Shown: positions 61,227 to 64,000 of the stretch, in pieces
Layout of the letters: each line of letters opens with the position of its first letter
Numbering within the stretch: position 1 is the first letter of the stretch
Assembly: GCA_030704615.1 (NCBI GenBank)
Contig: CM060734.1
Coordinates: forward strand, 27,528,001-27,592,000
Length of the DNA stretch: 64,000 bases
Source of the DNA: Takakia lepidozioides
Taxonomy: Eukaryota > Plantae > Bryophyta
Reading direction: 5' to 3'
Notes under the pieces: model-generated
Told to the model about the DNA's origin: nothing
The model's database searches: none
What the model saw: only the letters and a program-made list of their open reading frames with translations
Program-made: the position numbers and the translations under genes

Positions 61227-64000
61227 CCTTATGTCATCCAAAAGATGTATGATAACAACACAGCCATGTTACAAACCATTAACAAAGAAATGCTGGGAAG
61301 AGTCAATGCAAATAAGTTGAAGGGGTACAGTGGTATCCATGACAAACCCCTGCAGCATGATTTGCATGTTGAACCGCAAAAGCAGTCACGGGCTGCACCA
61401 GTGTTACGAACAGAGTATGGAACACTTGTCGCTAGGCCCAGTATATATGACCGGGGTGGGCAAAACAAACGTGACACAGCCTATCACAGCCCATCACGGC
61501 GTGATACAGCCTATCACAGCCCATCACGGCGTGACACAGCCTATCACAGCCCAACACGGCGTGACACAGCCTATCACAGCCCAGCAAGGCGCAACACAGC
61601 CTATCACAGCCCATCACGGCGTGACACAGCCTATCACAGCCCGTCACGACGTGACACAGCCTATCACAACCTACCGCAGCGTGTCACAGCCTATCACAGC
61701 TTACCACAGGGCAACACAGCCTATCACAGCGTAACACAGTATGACACAGCCTGTCACAGCTCAACACAGCCTACTAAAGTTACACGATCCATAGAATCAG
61801 TGACAAGTGGACACATAAAAACTTCAGGAAAATGGCTGAAGGAAGAAGAAACGGAAATTAATTTAAAAATAGACACGTGGAGGTCAGGGTGCGACACACA
61901 GCAGAGAATGAAGTGCAAGGACAGGTGTCAAAAAGAAAGAGGACAAGAACGGCCGTCAAAAGGGATGAAAGGCGGGCCCATTAATAATACGGAAAAAGGG
62001 AAACAGAACGAACGGCAAGTACAGAAAAACTGAATTCATGTCGTATGTGTGATCCTAGTGGACTATCCAACAGGGAAAGTCCACTAAAGAAGATAAAAGT
62101 TAAAATCCAGTCACAGCGGATACAGCCAATAGAAAACCAGAGAAATGATCAAGAAAATGGAGGGAAATTAAGCGCAAGAGGCGGCGTCGTTCTGAGTAAC
62201 GGGCGTCTCGACAGGACAGGCCATAAATGCTATAACTTGGAAACTATGGAGGAACTAACAGACTATACGCTCGCAATATTATTTACGCAATGGCAGAGAC
62301 ACGAAACGAAAGAGCAGAGCTTTTCTCTTGAACAATGCTTGCAAGCCCCGCAGGCTTACAAGAGATTACCCATAGCTTTCTGCGGCAACCATACGTTTCT
62401 GCTTTGTGCACTACAGGCATTCCTGCAGTTGTTACAGCCAAAGCAGTTCTGTGAGTCTAAGATGAAGAGAGTGAGAGGAATGGAGGAAATCAGGGTGAAG
62501 AGCACCACAATTCTGCAGAAACAAACGATGGCTACCCCACAGGCGATAAAGATACTGAAGGAGCTGAGATTGGAAGGATTGCAAAGCATGGATTGGACAC
62601 TACACCATAGACAGTACATGTTACAATTTTTGCAGAACTTTGAGCCAAAGACAGGAACAACAACGGTGAAGGGAGTTGAATTAATGATTACTCCCCTATA
62701 CCTCCAGCAATTGTTTCGATTGCCAGAAGGTCATGTGTATGTGGAGGAACACAGAGAAAGACTGCAAATAGGGAATTTATTCCAAGAAGGGAGTTTCTTT
62801 AAAACTCAGGGTTATGCTTGTACCAAAGCTGTGTACCCAGGGTTAAAAGACAAAGGCCAAGTATTGAACGTTCTGATTGCCCTGAAACAGAACCAACAAT
62901 ATTTGAGCAGATCCTTCACAGAGGAAATCCTCAAAGGCTTGAAGGGACAAGAGGTACCATGGGCGGACATAATGTACAACGCACTGGTAGAGGAGATGAA
63001 AAGATTACAAGGTACTACCGCAAAATCTCCTATCATAGTGTCTGGCCCAATCATTGCTCAAATAATCCTTAGTTCTGGCATACTTAATGCACAAGAAAGG
63101 AAGGAAATGGGAGTGTTTGAGCCAGAAACAACTGCAATGGAAGAGCAAGGCTCTTCACACAGTGAGGGTGGACTAGCAGCACAACCCGAGACTAAGAGGC
63201 AGAGAAGGGGAAAGACGGTAGTGGCGGATCCACTGGCTTCACGGATTCCGCATGATAATGTTTCCCAAGCTCATGACCAGGGAGGGGCACAGCAGCACAA
63301 AAGAATGTTATTACTGGAAGCAGGACCTTCAGAGAGGGAGGAAGAAGTTACTTCTGCATCACAACCAACACAGCCACTTGAACGACTTGTCACAAGGTCA
63401 CAAGTTATCCATGCAGCTCAACCCGAAATAATAGATTTGAAAGTGAAGGGATAGATATTCCAACTACAGAACAGATAGTGGCGGAAATAGAGAAAGGGGA
63501 CCTTCTCTATGAATATTCTGGTCTGGTCAAGCAGACAGAAATCCCAGAGGTGCAACAGTTGCCCAAGAAAAATCCTGAGGTACATATAATGCACACACCT
63601 GTGTCGGAGGTACCACAGGCGGAAGGCCATGACACTGTAGCACCGGTCATAAATGAAGTAGTTCAGGAAGAAAATCCGGTGGGACAATGGTCTGAATGGT
63701 TAGTGAGACATCATACTGTTGAAGATCGGGAGGAACAGCAGCAACCTCACCATGATGACCCTCAACAGGCAATGCTGATGAATTCCATAGGCAGGACACT
63801 TAATTTGTTGGGGACTTATGTCAAAACCCATGTTCCAATTACCCAATTGACAGCCTTGAAAGAAGAACTCAGGAAGGAGTTTGAGGCTCGACTTGCCACT
63901 GAGTGTTCAAACAAGGTCGATGAAGAGGTCACTCTCAAGATGAAGCAGGACTTGGCCAATACAGAAATGGCTTTGCAATTGGCCAAGCAACAATTGATTG
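61227..64000 (+). CDS. Post-stop extension: integrase C-terminal domain, 10-aa repeats and extra ORF of unknown function
   Basis: In frame with pol: PYVIQKMYDNNTAMLQ..RVNANKLKGY, then ORF 62045-63454 and a frameshifted continuation. A conserved homolog is present in the second copy. Confidence 0.75.
61470..61770 (+). repeat. 30-bp coding minisatellite x about 10 (RDTAYHSPSR)
   Basis: Repeats of cgtgacacagcctatcacagcccatcacgg. Confidence 0.95.

Larger units (their letters stand above)
53649..64000 (+). mobile_element. Near-intact non-chromovirus Ty3/gypsy retrotransposon (Phygy-like by inference) with a long 3' extra ORF; continues beyond the window
   Basis: 5' LTR, PBS, gag, PR-RT-RH-IN order, no chromodomain, extra 3' coding region. 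Confidence 0.93.

Overview
This window is a eukaryotic, transposon-saturated region with no intact host gene. It is probably from a non-seed plant, likely a bryophyte, judging from the element lineages and GT-AG introns. Recognisable parts: a chromovirus integrase tail; three pieces of one non-chromovirus Ty3/gypsy family (a near-intact copy from 53.6 kb, a broken copy, and a 3' LTR); a Dualen/RandI-type LINE (APE+RT+RNase H+RLE); CACTA and hAT transposase relics; captured biotin-carboxylase exons; and two RING-finger pseudogenes. The most striking feature is a large Mutator-like transposon family with GGGGG..CATGAGC termini (8-9 bp TSD seen at one insertion). Its GCM-finger DDE transposase gene and a spliced ParB/Srx-domain + prokaryote-type beta-class amino-methyltransferase gene diverge from a head-to-head array of palindromes up to 30 bp long (core TCGGCGCCGA). 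The same core, often spaced 53-54 bp, recurs in a related element with unrelated flanks. Second highlight: a TGA shared by two diverged gypsy copies at the integrase GPY motif, which suggests programmed readthrough into a very long extra ORF. Many single-base frameshifts may be decay or assembly error. All domain calls come from manual motif reading, not database searches.
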